Origin: an uncultured virus (IMG/VR IMGVR_UViG_3300023110_000008)
Lineage: Duplodnaviria > Heunggongvirae > Uroviricota > Caudoviricetes
Virus record (IMG/VR): IMGVR_UViG_3300023110_000008
Length of the DNA: 64,000 bases
Reading direction: 5' to 3' (one strand)
In this document: one piece after another, positions 12,596 to 22,301 of the stretch
How positions within the stretch are numbered: the stretch's first letter is position 1
How the letters are laid out: each line of letters starts with the position of its first letter
Notes under the pieces: model-generated
Told to the model about the DNA's origin: nothing
Databases searched by the model: none
Seen by the model: only the letters and a program-made list of their open reading frames with translations
Made by a program: the position numbers and the translations under genes

Positions 12596-14260
12596 ATGGC
12601 AGATAAAATTTACATTAAACACAATTTAAATGGCGGTAGTTTTCAGCAACCTTACATAGCAAGGCAACCTGCTAACATTCAAGAACCAAATATAAGACAA
12701 CAACCATCGATTGTTCCTTATACGTTTCAGTCTCCTTCGACTTATCAGAATCAACAACCAATAATTTATCGAAATCCTGTTAATAGGCAAAATCCTTTTA
12801 TAAGAAACGCACAGCAACCTAACATAAGATCGAGACAAAATCCTTTTATAAGAAACGCACAACAAACGTATACTTATCAGGCCGATGCACAATCACCTTA
12901 TATTGCTAATAGACAGAATCCGTATCCGTATCCTGCAAACGCACAAACACCGTTTACGTATCAACATCAAAGTCCTTCAACTTATAGAGACCCAAGAAAT
13001 GCACAGGTTATAGTTGCGTATCAACATCAATCACCTAGTACATATCGTGACCCAAGAAGTTACAGAAATCCTGTAAGTTATGCTTATAGATCACCTAGTA
13101 CATATCGTGACCCAAGAAGTTACAGAAATCCTGTAACATATCAGGCACAACAACCTACTACGTATCAACACCAGTCACCAGCAAATATAAACGCACAGGA
13201 GTCAAATCAACAACCTGTACCTTATAGAGTGCCTTCAACTTATCAAGCACAACAAAGAAGTCCTCAAACATATAGGGTGCCATCGATTTATCAAAATCCG
13301 TTTACGTATCAGGCGCAAAGACCATCGCCTTACATTTATCAATCGCCTTCGACTTATTCAGCACAAGGCCAAACGCCTTACATATATCAGTCACCATCGA
13401 CTGCTCAGGTACCAACATCATATGAAGGTATTGTAGGCGAATCAGCACTGTCTGGAAGTTCAACAGCAACAAGTGCAACTTTAGCTAATCAACCGAACCC
13501 TCAACCTTGGGGCTCAGGTATAAGTAATCCTGTTTGGGATGTATATCCTTTTGGTGGTAGTACGAATTATATAAATTCTGACCCACCTTCAGGAACTGCT
13601 TCTATGTTTAGTGTACCAAGTTGGAATACTCTTCAATTAGCAACTGGTAATCCTGGTTTTAATCATACCGAATGTGGTTGTTATATGCAATTTGATTTTG
13701 CAGCTAACAATAATACTGTTCAGACAAATCCTTTAGGGGCTTTTAGAATATCGTATGGTCATTATAACTCTTTTAGTAATAGTGGTTGGAGTTTTTATTA
13801 TAGATTTTATATGCCTATTACCGATTTGAATGCTAATGGTATAATTGACGATACTTGGAATTTTGATGTAGCATATTATGCAAGTGGTGAATCGGTATCA
13901 GGTACTCAAGCTCAAACAAATTGTTACGGAGGAGGTGGAAACAGTTATGGATTTTATCCACATGTTTGTGGAAAAACCAGAGGCCAATATTATAATTTCT
14001 GGTCTGGTTCAACTTCAAGGGGTGGATTTAATGGTACTCGCACTGCTAGATTTTTTAAGTGGGGTGTATACGACAGCACAGGTAATCCAGTACAATTAAC
14101 ATCAAATGATGTTTATTTTGGAATAAAAGCAACAAAAGGCACAGACACTTATTATACATATTTTCATATAGCTTCATACTTCAACGGTTCTTGGTCATCA
14201 AGCCCCATAAGTTTAAGAGCAGCATATAATGCAGGTAGTGGGGGGCCAATAATAGTATAA
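12596..14260 (+). CDS. Pro-repeat ribbon protein C with C-terminal globular (putative receptor-binding) domain
   Basis: Residues ~19-273 are Pro-delimited 6/8/10-mer words (PSTYRD, PFTYQHQS, PFIRNAQQ). Residues ~275-554 are a non-repetitive aromatic-rich domain. Confidence 0.75.
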   Translation: MADKIYIKHNLNGGSFQQPYIARQPANIQEPNIRQQPSIVPYTFQSPSTYQNQQPIIYRNPVNRQNPFIRNAQQPNIRSRQNPFIRNAQQTYTYQADAQSPYIANRQNPYPYPANAQTPFTYQHQSPSTYRDPRNAQVIVAYQHQSPSTYRDPRSYRNPVSYAYRSPSTYRDPRSYRNPVTYQAQQPTTYQHQSPANINAQESNQQPVPYRVPSTYQAQQRSPQTYRVPSIYQNPFTYQAQRPSPYIYQSPSTYSAQGQTPYIYQSPSTAQVPTSYEGIVGESALSGSSTATSATLANQPNPQPWGSGISNPVWDVYPFGGSTNYINSDPPSGTASMFSVPSWNTLQLATGNPGFNHTECGCYMQFDFAANNNTVQTNPLGAFRISYGHYNSFSNSGWSFYYRFYMPITDLNANGIIDDTWNFDVAYYASGESVSGTQAQTNCYGGGGNSYGFYPHVCGKTRGQYYNFWSGSTSRGGFNGTRTARFFKWGVYDSTGNPVQLTSNDVYFGIKATKGTDTYYTYFHIASYFNGSWSSSPISLRAAYNAGSGGPIIV

Positions 14261-14261
14261 A

Positions 14262-15191
14262 ATGCCAACCGTACAAGTAACATATAGCAATTCAAACGCA
14301 ACGCCAGGACAACAGCCGTATCCTTATATTGCTAATAGACAAAATTCTACTAACGGTACTACGCCTGTGCCGTACATTGCTAATGCCCGTGCATCAGCAA
14401 ACGCTCAGACAGTTGCTAATACTAGAGTGCCTATTCCTTACATAGCAAACGCACAGACAGCTGCTATCGCAAGAAGTCCATTTCAATCACCATACATTGC
14501 ACAACAACAGAATCCGTTTATTAGAAATAGACCATCACCTTATGTTGCAAATCAACGTCAACCAGCAGCTTATCAACATCCTGTTAACAGACAGAATCCG
14601 ATAATTGGTAGCTATCGTATATCAGCTAATTACAGACATCCTGTAAATAAACAGAATCCGTTTATAAGAAATAAACCTTCACCTACAACTTACAGACATC
14701 CTGTTGATAGACAGAATCCATTTATTAGAGATGCAAGACAGCCTTCAACATATCAGGCAACAGGGCGAACACCAACAACATATCAACATAGGCAACCTAT
14801 AACATATCCTACAACAGGTAGAACACCATTTACGTATCAACATAGATCACCATCGTTCTATCAACATAGAATACCATTTACGTATCAACATAGATCGCCA
14901 GATACATATAGGGTTTCTGCTTCTCAACCTTCACCATATATTGCAAATGCTCAGAATACAAGAAGTGGTAACATTGTTGTACAAACTACATATCAACATA
15001 GATCACCATTTACATATCAGATAACATATTCTAGCAGAAGACCTATAGGTCCTGTAGCAGAAGTTAAACAAGTTTATGTTAAAGATGCAGACGGTACTGT
15101 AAAACAATTAGAAGAAGCATACGTAAAAACTGATCCAACTACAGTAGAAAAAATACATACAAAAGTCCCATATTCCCAATTAAATAATTAG
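14262..15191 (+). CDS. Pro-repeat ribbon protein D (mirror partner of C)
   Basis: Same word vocabulary in reversed order. C-terminal VYVKD...AYVKT module. Confidence 0.75.
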   Translation: MPTVQVTYSNSNATPGQQPYPYIANRQNSTNGTTPVPYIANARASANAQTVANTRVPIPYIANAQTAAIARSPFQSPYIAQQQNPFIRNRPSPYVANQRQPAAYQHPVNRQNPIIGSYRISANYRHPVNKQNPFIRNKPSPTTYRHPVDRQNPFIRDARQPSTYQATGRTPTTYQHRQPITYPTTGRTPFTYQHRSPSFYQHRIPFTYQHRSPDTYRVSASQPSPYIANAQNTRSGNIVVQTTYQHRSPFTYQITYSSRRPIGPVAEVKQVYVKDADGTVKQLEEAYVKTDPTTVEKIHTKVPYSQLNN

Positions 15192-15195
15192 TCCG

Positions 15196-15203
15196 TATAA
15201 ATA
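15196..15203 (+). promoter_or_regulatory. Late promoter TATAAATA
   Basis: Exact consensus, 5 nt before the ATG at 15209. Confidence 0.75.
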
Positions 15204-15208
15204 GTAAT

Positions 15209-15544
15209 ATGGCAATTATAGCAAATCTTTACATAGATCAAGGTTCAGACTTCAGCATTACAGTAGATGTAACAAACTCTGATGGTTCAGTTTTAGACCT
15301 ATCAGGTTATTCAGCAGCTGCACAAATGAGAAAAACATATACGTCTTCTTCAGTAAGTGCAACATTTTCTACATCTATTTCAGAGGCTTCAGGTCAGGTC
15401 ACTTTGTCTTTAACAGATACACAAACAACTGCTCTAAATCCAGGCAGATATCTGTATGACTTAAACATAACAAGTTCTGGTGGTCAAACTAGTAGAGTTG
15501 TCGAAGGACAAGCTATTATAACGCCAGGTGTAACTAGGAGTTAA
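15209..15544 (+). CDS. Conserved small virion/fibre-attachment protein (Ig-like)
   Basis: NLYIDQGSDF...DLSGYSAAAQMRK...GRYLYD...RVVEG...PGVT pattern common in T4-like phages. Confidence 0.7.
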   Translation: MAIIANLYIDQGSDFSITVDVTNSDGSVLDLSGYSAAAQMRKTYTSSSVSATFSTSISEASGQVTLSLTDTQTTALNPGRYLYDLNITSSGGQTSRVVEGQAIITPGVTRS

Positions 15545-15546
15545 GT

Positions 15547-15789
15547 ATGGCAATTAAAGGTGTAGTAGGAAGAGTAGCAGGCATCTCAGGAAAGGTGCAA
15601 GGTCAAGGTAACTTTAGAGTAAAACAAGTTGCAATTGGTAACTCATCTACTAATGTCAATCTATCAGCTAAATCTATACAAGAACTATCAGATGTAGATG
15701 CTAGTGAAACAGATAACGGCCTATTGGCATATAACGCATCGTCTGATAAGTGGGTTACTACCACTGTTATAGACGGCGGAACATTTTAG
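15547..15789 (+). CDS. Small fibre-associated protein ending in IDGGTF
   Basis: ELSDVD..DNGLLAYNASSDKW motif and DGGTF terminus. SD GGAG upstream. Confidence 0.65.
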   Translation: MAIKGVVGRVAGISGKVQGQGNFRVKQVAIGNSSTNVNLSAKSIQELSDVDASETDNGLLAYNASSDKWVTTTVIDGGTF

Positions 15790-15792
15790 TCT

Positions 15793-15800
15793 TATAAATA
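15793..15800 (+). promoter_or_regulatory. Late promoter TATAAATA
   Basis: Exact consensus upstream of a ~140-nt leader. Confidence 0.75.
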
Positions 15801-15814
15801 CTATTACAATCAAG

Positions 15815-15892
15815 GTGTCATTCAGTGAGACACGACCCTCATTGTGAGAGGACGAGATAGATAATGATCTTCTAGGGATATGTGAACTAGAA
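15815..15892 (+). other. Candidate structured 5' leader RNA with three hairpins
   Basis: Stems GTGTC/GACAC, CCTC/GAGG and TTCTAG/CTAGAA. All three loops contain GTGA. Confidence 0.45.
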
Positions 15893-15939
15893 ATTTGCAA
15901 ATTTTATATTAAACCCAATTCATTTTTTAGGAGAAAAAA

Positions 15940-17508
15940 ATGGCAACAGTTATTCAAATTAAAAGAAGTACAGGAGCGAGTGCGCCAACAGTCTCAGACT
16001 TGAGCGAAGGCGAATTAGCGTATGTACAGGATAGATCGAATGACGGTGCTTCTGCTAAATTGTATATCGAGTCAGTAGACTCAGGCTCATCAGCTGTTAT
16101 TCACGAAATCGGCGGTAAATATTATACCGATATCGTAGACGGTGATGCTCCAACGCCTTCAAACTTTATTGTTGGTAACGGTGCAACTTCTGGTGCTTCA
16201 TTACAACTTAGAGAAGATTCAGACAACGGTTCAAACTTCGTTGGTCTGAAAGCTCCTGATTCAGTTGCAAGTTCAGTAACCTTTACATTACCATCAGCTG
16301 ATGGTTCTGCTAACCAGGTTCTTGCAACAGATGCTTCAGGAAACCTTTCTTTCGTATCTACAACTTCAACACTTGCTGGTGCATCAGACTCAGATATTTC
16401 TGCTCCTTCATCAGGTCAAATTTTGATCTATGATGGTACAGATTCATTTGATAACGTTTCACTTTCAGGTGACATAACAGTTAACGCTTCAGGTGTTACT
16501 GCAATTCAAGCTAACGCAGTTCAAGTAGGAAACATTGACTTCTTAGTTGACGAAGACAACATGGCTTCTGATTCAGACGTTAAAGTTCCTACACAGCAAT
16601 CTGTTAAAGCATATGTTGATTCACAAGTAACAGCACAAGATTTAGACATCTCAGATGGTACTACATCTATTGCTATCGACCTTGACTCAGAAGTACTTTC
16701 TGTTTTAGGTGGTACTGGTGTTTCATCAACTGCTTCAGGCAACGGCGTAACATTAGCAATCGGTCAGGATGTTGGCACATCATCAAACGTACAGTTTAAC
16801 AACGTACAAGTAGATGGTACACTAACTTCAGATGACATTACATCAACAAATATTGCCGCTTCAGGTAACTTAACAGTTTCAGGTAACTTGACTGTTAACG
16901 GTACTACAACTACTGTAAACTCTACAACTACTTCAGTTGCAGATCCAGTGTTTGAAATCGGTGATGACGCTTCAGATGACAACCTAGACAGAGGTATCAA
17001 ATTTAAGTGGCACAATGGTTCTACTGCTAAAATTGGTTTCTTTGGTATGGATGATTCTGACGGTAAATTTAAATTTATCCAAGACGCTACAGACACATCT
17101 TCAGTATTCTCTGGTTCAGTAGGTAACGCAGTATTCGGTAACTTAGAAGTTTCAGGACTTGCACTTTCAGGTTCAATTACTTCTATAGACGGTGCAGCTC
17201 CTACAGCAGGACAATTACTAATTGGTAATGGTTCTAACGGAGATATGGAACTTGCTGCTCTTTCAGCTGGCGAAGGTATCGATGTAACAAACGCTGACGG
17301 TAGTATAACAATAGCAGGTGAAGATGCAACAGACGCTAATAAAGGTATCGCATCTTTCTCAGCTTCATACTTTACTGTAACATCTGGTGATGTTGCAATC
17401 GATGATGCTACAACATCTGCTAAAGGTATTGCTTCATTCGACTCAAGTAACTTTACAGTCTCTTCAGGTGCTGTATCTGTTACTGCTATAGACGGTGGTA
17501 CATTCTAA
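15940..17508 (+). CDS. Tail fibre-like structural protein
   Basis: N-terminal IQIKRS...[12 protein letters not shown]...[32 protein letters not shown], ATxxxKGIASF repeats, C-terminal IDGGTF. Confidence 0.75.
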   Translation: MATVIQIKRSTGASAPTVSDLSEGELAYVQDRSNDGASAKLYIESVDSGSSAVIHEIGGKYYTDIVDGDAPTPSNFIVGNGATSGASLQLREDSDNGSNFVGLKAPDSVASSVTFTLPSADGSANQVLATDASGNLSFVSTTSTLAGASDSDISAPSSGQILIYDGTDSFDNVSLSGDITVNASGVTAIQANAVQVGNIDFLVDEDNMASDSDVKVPTQQSVKAYVDSQVTAQDLDISDGTTSIAIDLDSEVLSVLGGTGVSSTASGNGVTLAIGQDVGTSSNVQFNNVQVDGTLTSDDITSTNIAASGNLTVSGNLTVNGTTTTVNSTTTSVADPVFEIGDDASDDNLDRGIKFKWHNGSTAKIGFFGMDDSDGKFKFIQDATDTSSVFSGSVGNAVFGNLEVSGLALSGSITSIDGAAPTAGQLLIGNGSNGDMELAALSAGEGIDVTNADGSITIAGEDATDANKGIASFSASYFTVTSGDVAIDDATTSAKGIASFDSSNFTVSSGAVSVTAIDGGTF

Positions 17509-17536
17509 TTTAACATCTAATCTATAGGAGAGAACA

Positions 17537-18364
17537 ATGGCAACATTAATACAATTTAAAAGGAGTTCTACACAAAGCGCTTTGCCTGGTATAGGTGATC
17601 TATCACTAGGTGAATTAGCTGTCAATACTTATCATGGTAGATTTTATACCGAGAAGAATGACGGCTCAGCTGCTGTTGTAGAAGTTGGATCGAATCCAGC
17701 TTCTTTAACTGTTAATGATGCTTTCTCTTTTCCTACAAGTGATGGTTCCTCAAATCAGATTTTAAAAACTGATGGTTCAGGAACTTTGAGTTGGTCAGAC
17801 CAACCATCTTCGGGTGTACAAACATTCACTTACACTATATCATCAACTGGTACTTCAATTACAGGTAACGATGATAATGGTAATTCACTTTCATATACCT
17901 CAGGTTATGAACAAGTGTACATTAACGGTGTTAAGTTAGTAGGTGGTGGTGCAGACTATACTGCTACCAGCTCATCAACTATCACATTAACGGAAAATGC
18001 TTTAAATGGTGATGTTGTTGAAGTAGTCGCTATTACTAGTGCAGCTAACCTTGTTCAAGGTTACTTCACTACATTATCAGCTACTGCTACTACAGCAGAT
18101 CAGGTGTTATCAGCAAACGCAATTGCCAACAAGGCAGTTAAGTATGTGATCATGGCATCACATGCATCAGCTGGCACACATTCAGCAGAAGTATTATTGA
18201 TTAATGATGGCTCGAATTCTTACTTCGTTCAATATGGCGATGTATATTCAGCGTCTTCATTATTCACGTTAAGTTCAGATGTAAATTCAGGAAACATGAG
18301 ATTGCTTGTGACTCCTGCAAATACTAATACAACATTCAAAACCTTCCAAATTAGGTTATCATAA
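17537..18364 (+). CDS. Fibre-associated structural protein
   Basis: IQFKRS...GELAVN, FPTSDGSSNQILKTDGSG, VYINGVKL...DYTAT. Confidence 0.7.
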   Translation: MATLIQFKRSSTQSALPGIGDLSLGELAVNTYHGRFYTEKNDGSAAVVEVGSNPASLTVNDAFSFPTSDGSSNQILKTDGSGTLSWSDQPSSGVQTFTYTISSTGTSITGNDDNGNSLSYTSGYEQVYINGVKLVGGGADYTATSSSTITLTENALNGDVVEVVAITSAANLVQGYFTTLSATATTADQVLSANAIANKAVKYVIMASHASAGTHSAEVLLINDGSNSYFVQYGDVYSASSLFTLSSDVNSGNMRLLVTPANTNTTFKTFQIRLS

Positions 18365-18374
18365 GGAGTAGACA

Positions 18375-18785
18375 ATGGCTAAAACAAATGCATTTAAAGT
18401 CGCTGAGTTAATTAGAGTATTGTCTTACGATTCATCTAATGATGTCATCACTACTTCTAAAGAGTTGGATACTAAACATAGAACGTCTACAGCATTAACA
18501 ACAACATCTACATCTCAAGTCGACTTGGACACTTTTGCCCATGCTGACTTTAGAGCTGCTAGATATGTTATTGCAATGTCAGAAGGTTCTAACTATCATT
18601 CAACTGAGATAGTATTAGTACATGACGGAAGCGCAGTAACCATGACTCAATACGGTACATTGAAAAACACTAGTGTTGCATCATTCGATGCTGACATTAA
18701 TGGTTCCGACTTGAGACTCAGAATTACACCTGCCTCAGCAAACAGTACAACTATTAAATTCCACAGGACTTTAGTAGGCGCTTAG
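18375..18785 (+). CDS. Fibre-associated structural protein
   Basis: FRAARYVI...YHSTEIVLVHDG...TQYG domain, paralogous to the C-termini of both neighbours. Confidence 0.65.
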   Translation: MAKTNAFKVAELIRVLSYDSSNDVITTSKELDTKHRTSTALTTTSTSQVDLDTFAHADFRAARYVIAMSEGSNYHSTEIVLVHDGSAVTMTQYGTLKNTSVASFDADINGSDLRLRITPASANSTTIKFHRTLVGA

Positions 18786-18802
18786 AACTAAGCAACTTTC
18801 TT

Positions 18803-18832
18803 GAGAGGGGATCACATGATCCCCTTTCTTTT
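18803..18832 (+). terminator. Rho-independent terminator
   Basis: AGGGGATC-ACAT-GATCCCCT followed by TTCTTTT. Confidence 0.8.
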
Positions 18833-18881
18833 ACTTCCAAAAAGTCATAAATAGTACTGAGAATATATTTTTGAGATTATT

Positions 18882-19622
18882 ATGGCAACAAAATCAAAAT
18901 TTTATGCAGACATAGGACTAGAAACAGGTCAAGACCTGTTGGTCGATGGCGATGCGACAATCACAGGCAATTTAACAGTTAATGGTACACAAACTACCGT
19001 TAACAGTACAACCACGTCTGTTATAGACTCAATGATCGAACTTGCGAACTCAAACACGAGTTCAGATACAGTTGACATAGGGTTATATGGTAACTACGAT
19101 GATGGTTTATCAGACAGCGGCAATGAGTTCACAGGTCTTTTTAGAGATGCTAGTGATTCTACATGGAAATTATTTGACGGTTTAGAAGTAGAACCTACTA
19201 CAACAGTTAACACTTCAGGCACAGGTTACGCTAAAGCAGCTTTAGAAGTTGGTGATTTAACATGCACTACTATCACTGCTTCAGACACATTAACAATCGA
19301 TAGTTTGGTTGTTGATAGTAATACAGGTACAACAACCACTACAACATCGGAAACAGACTTAGATTCGTTTTCTTTATCAAATTATCGAAGTGCTAAGTAT
19401 ATTTTACAAGCAACAGAGGGTACAAACTATCACACATCTGAAGTTGTTGTAATTCATGACGGTTCAACTGCTTACTTTACACAATACGCTGAGATAGTTA
19501 CAAATAGTTCGTTGTATTCAGTATCAGTTGCAGTTGAAAGTGGTAATGTAGTTTTAAAGATTACACCTGCTTCTGCAAACTCGACTGTATTCAAATGGTC
19601 ACGTCAATTAATTAAAGTATGA
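18882..19622 (+). CDS. Fibre-associated structural protein
   Basis: [34 protein letters not shown] and YRSAKY domain. CATAAATA late box at 18846-18853. Confidence 0.7.
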   Translation: MATKSKFYADIGLETGQDLLVDGDATITGNLTVNGTQTTVNSTTTSVIDSMIELANSNTSSDTVDIGLYGNYDDGLSDSGNEFTGLFRDASDSTWKLFDGLEVEPTTTVNTSGTGYAKAALEVGDLTCTTITASDTLTIDSLVVDSNTGTTTTTTSETDLDSFSLSNYRSAKYILQATEGTNYHTSEVVVIHDGSTAYFTQYAEIVTNSSLYSVSVAVESGNVVLKITPASANSTVFKWSRQLIKV

Positions 19623-19710
19623 TTTTTGTTTAAATTTTGTTTAAACCACCTTTTTGAAGAGTAATCTCTACTAAATAATACTGTATACACTCAATTAGGA
19701 CACACTAACC

Positions 19711-19971
19711 ATGGCAACACAAAATAATTTTGTTATAGAATACGGATTAAACATCGGTTCTACAGAGGTCATAACTAGTGCTGGTAAAATTACCGCTGGA
19801 TCAGTATCCGCACTAGACTCAGATGACATCACAGAAGGTGCAACGAATCAATATTTTACTAACGCAAAAGCAAGAGGTGCTATTTCATTAGCATCTGGAG
19901 AAACGAATTTATCTTATAACTCATCAACGGGTGAGTTTTCATTACCGCAAGTTGACGGAGGTACTATCTAA
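19711..19971 (+). CDS. Small fibre-associated protein ending in VDGGTI
   Basis: DDITEGATNQYFTNAKAR repeat. N-terminus paralogous to the next gene. Confidence 0.65.
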   Translation: MATQNNFVIEYGLNIGSTEVITSAGKITAGSVSALDSDDITEGATNQYFTNAKARGAISLASGETNLSYNSSTGEFSLPQVDGGTI

Positions 19972-22268
19972 TGGCAGGGGAAAAGAATTTTAATATTAAA
20001 AACGGCCTGTCAATCGGTGGAACAGAGGTTATTAGCTCTTCTGGATCATACGTTGGTTCAATTTCAGCATCAGCATTAGATGAGTCAGTAGACGATAGAG
20101 TCGCTCAACTTTTAACAGCAGGTACAGGCATCACATTAACATACGATGATGCTGCTAACACACTAACAATCGCAGGTGCAGCCCAATACGGCGACTCAGA
20201 TGTATTATCATACTTAGGTGGTGGTACATTTGCAGGTAACATCATACCAAGCGCAGATAACACATACGACTTAGGTTCATCAAGTAGAACATGGAAAGAC
20301 GTATACGTTGGACCTGGTTCTTTATATGTTAACGGACAACAGGTTATTTCAGATGACTCAGGTACAATCGTCTTTAGTGCTGACTCTAACCAAAACATGT
20401 CTATACAGACAAGTGGTTCTGGTGATTTAGAGTTAGATGCAACAGGATCAGGTGTTATTGCACTTAAAGGTCCAGTTCAAATCGAAGACGGTAACAATAT
20501 TACCAACAGTGCAGGAAACAACATCACATTTAGTAACAATATTGCAGTTGATCAAATCGTGTCCAGATCAGCTGATACTAACTTAGTATTGAGTGGTAAC
20601 GGAAATGGTGTTATTTCACTTAACGATGATGTTACAATCTCAGGTTCACTAACAGTTTCAGGTACAACAACAACTGTAAACTCAGAGACAATTAACCTTG
20701 CAGACAACACAATCGCATTAAACAGTAACTTTACTTCAGGTTCACCAACAGAAGATGCTGGTTTGAGTGTAACTAGAGGTAGTTCAACTGCAAAAACATT
20801 CTTATGGGATGAGACCAACGATAAATGGACAGTCGGTTCAGAAACTTTTGTTGCAGGAACATTCGAAGGAAACTTAACTGGTAACGTAACTGGTACAGTT
20901 ACTAGTATTGCTAACCATGACACTGGTGATTTAGCAGAAGGTTCAAACTTATATTTCACTGACGCTAGAGCAGATGCTAGAATCACAGCAGCTCTTATCG
21001 ATGAAGATAATATGGTGTCTAATAGTGAAACAAGAATACCTTCTCAACAATCAGTTAAAGCATATGTAGATTCACAAGTCGCAAGTAAAGACAATACAGA
21101 TGAAATAACAGAAGGCTCTACAAACTTATACTTTACAAATGCAAGAGCAGACGCTAGAGTTCAAAATGCAATCGATACAGATGTTAATTTTGGTAGTGCT
21201 TCAGATACTTTAGTACCTTCTCAGTTAGCAGTCAAAACTTATGTTGATGCACAAGTAGATACAGCAGATGCATTAAGTGAACTAAGTGGTGATTCAGATG
21301 ACATTACAGAAGGTTCAACAAACTTATTCTATACAGATGCTAGAGCAAGAGCATCTCTAAGTACAAACTCTGGTGCAGGTGCATATGATTCAAGTACAGG
21401 TGCTATTACAATACCTTCAACAACTGCTCATATTTCAGAAGGTTCAAACCTTTACTTTACAAACGCTAGAGCAGATGCTAGAGTTAATGCATTATTACCA
21501 GATACAGATTCGTTAACAGAAGGTTCATCAAACTTATACTTCACAGACGAAAGAGTTGATGACAGAGTAAATGCTTTAGTAACAGCAGGTACAGGCATCA
21601 CATCAACATACGATGATGTAAATGGTACCTTAACACTTGCAACAACAATTACACAATATGCTGATTCAGATGCAAGAGGTTCAATCTCTGTTACTGATTC
21701 AGGTGGTGATGGAAGTTTAGCATACAATTCATCTACTGGTGTAATCACATATACTGGCCCAAGCGCTTCAGAAGTTAGAAGTCATATTAGTGCAGGAACT
21801 GGTGTCTCAATTAGTTCAGGTGAAATAAGTATTGGTCAGGCAGTTGCTACAACAAGTAACGTACAATTTGGTAACTTAACATTATCTGGTAACCTAACAG
21901 TTAATGGTACTACATCAACTGTAGATTCTACAAATACAACAATCAGTGATGCATTGATTGAATTAGGGTCTGGTAACACAGGTGCTAACTCAAATGACCT
22001 TGGTCTTGTGTTAGAAAGAGGTTCAACTGGCGACAACGCATTTATGGGTTGGGACGAAAGTGCTGATGAGTTTGTAGTTGCTACAACAACTGCAACTGGT
22101 GCTTCTACAGGTTCGTTAACATTAACAGACGCAAACTTTAGAGCATCACAAATTTCAACATCATACGCTTCAAATAGTGGTGGTGTTGCGAGAAACATAT
22201 ATCAATCAACTTCTGCACCTACTTCAGGTGACGGAGCAGTTGGTGATCTATGGATTCTTTATTCATAA
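19971..22268 (+). CDS. Long tail fibre-like protein (fibre 2)
   Basis: Multiple TDxxxEGSxNLYFTxARA repeats. C-terminus is APTSGDGAVGDLWILYS. Confidence 0.75.
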   Translation: MAGEKNFNIKNGLSIGGTEVISSSGSYVGSISASALDESVDDRVAQLLTAGTGITLTYDDAANTLTIAGAAQYGDSDVLSYLGGGTFAGNIIPSADNTYDLGSSSRTWKDVYVGPGSLYVNGQQVISDDSGTIVFSADSNQNMSIQTSGSGDLELDATGSGVIALKGPVQIEDGNNITNSAGNNITFSNNIAVDQIVSRSADTNLVLSGNGNGVISLNDDVTISGSLTVSGTTTTVNSETINLADNTIALNSNFTSGSPTEDAGLSVTRGSSTAKTFLWDETNDKWTVGSETFVAGTFEGNLTGNVTGTVTSIANHDTGDLAEGSNLYFTDARADARITAALIDEDNMVSNSETRIPSQQSVKAYVDSQVASKDNTDEITEGSTNLYFTNARADARVQNAIDTDVNFGSASDTLVPSQLAVKTYVDAQVDTADALSELSGDSDDITEGSTNLFYTDARARASLSTNSGAGAYDSSTGAITIPSTTAHISEGSNLYFTNARADARVNALLPDTDSLTEGSSNLYFTDERVDDRVNALVTAGTGITSTYDDVNGTLTLATTITQYADSDARGSISVTDSGGDGSLAYNSSTGVITYTGPSASEVRSHISAGTGVSISSGEISIGQAVATTSNVQFGNLTLSGNLTVNGTTSTVDSTNTTISDALIELGSGNTGANSNDLGLVLERGSTGDNAFMGWDESADEFVVATTTATGASTGSLTLTDANFRASQISTSYASNSGGVARNIYQSTSAPTSGDGAVGDLWILYS

Positions 22269-22301
22269 TTGATAAATAGATAAAAAGCGAGAAAGGATTA
22301 A

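Noticed and set aside
4038..22198. Numerous minus-strand ORFs opposite structural genes
   Set aside because: They are antisense shadows produced by codon bias and have no independent signals.
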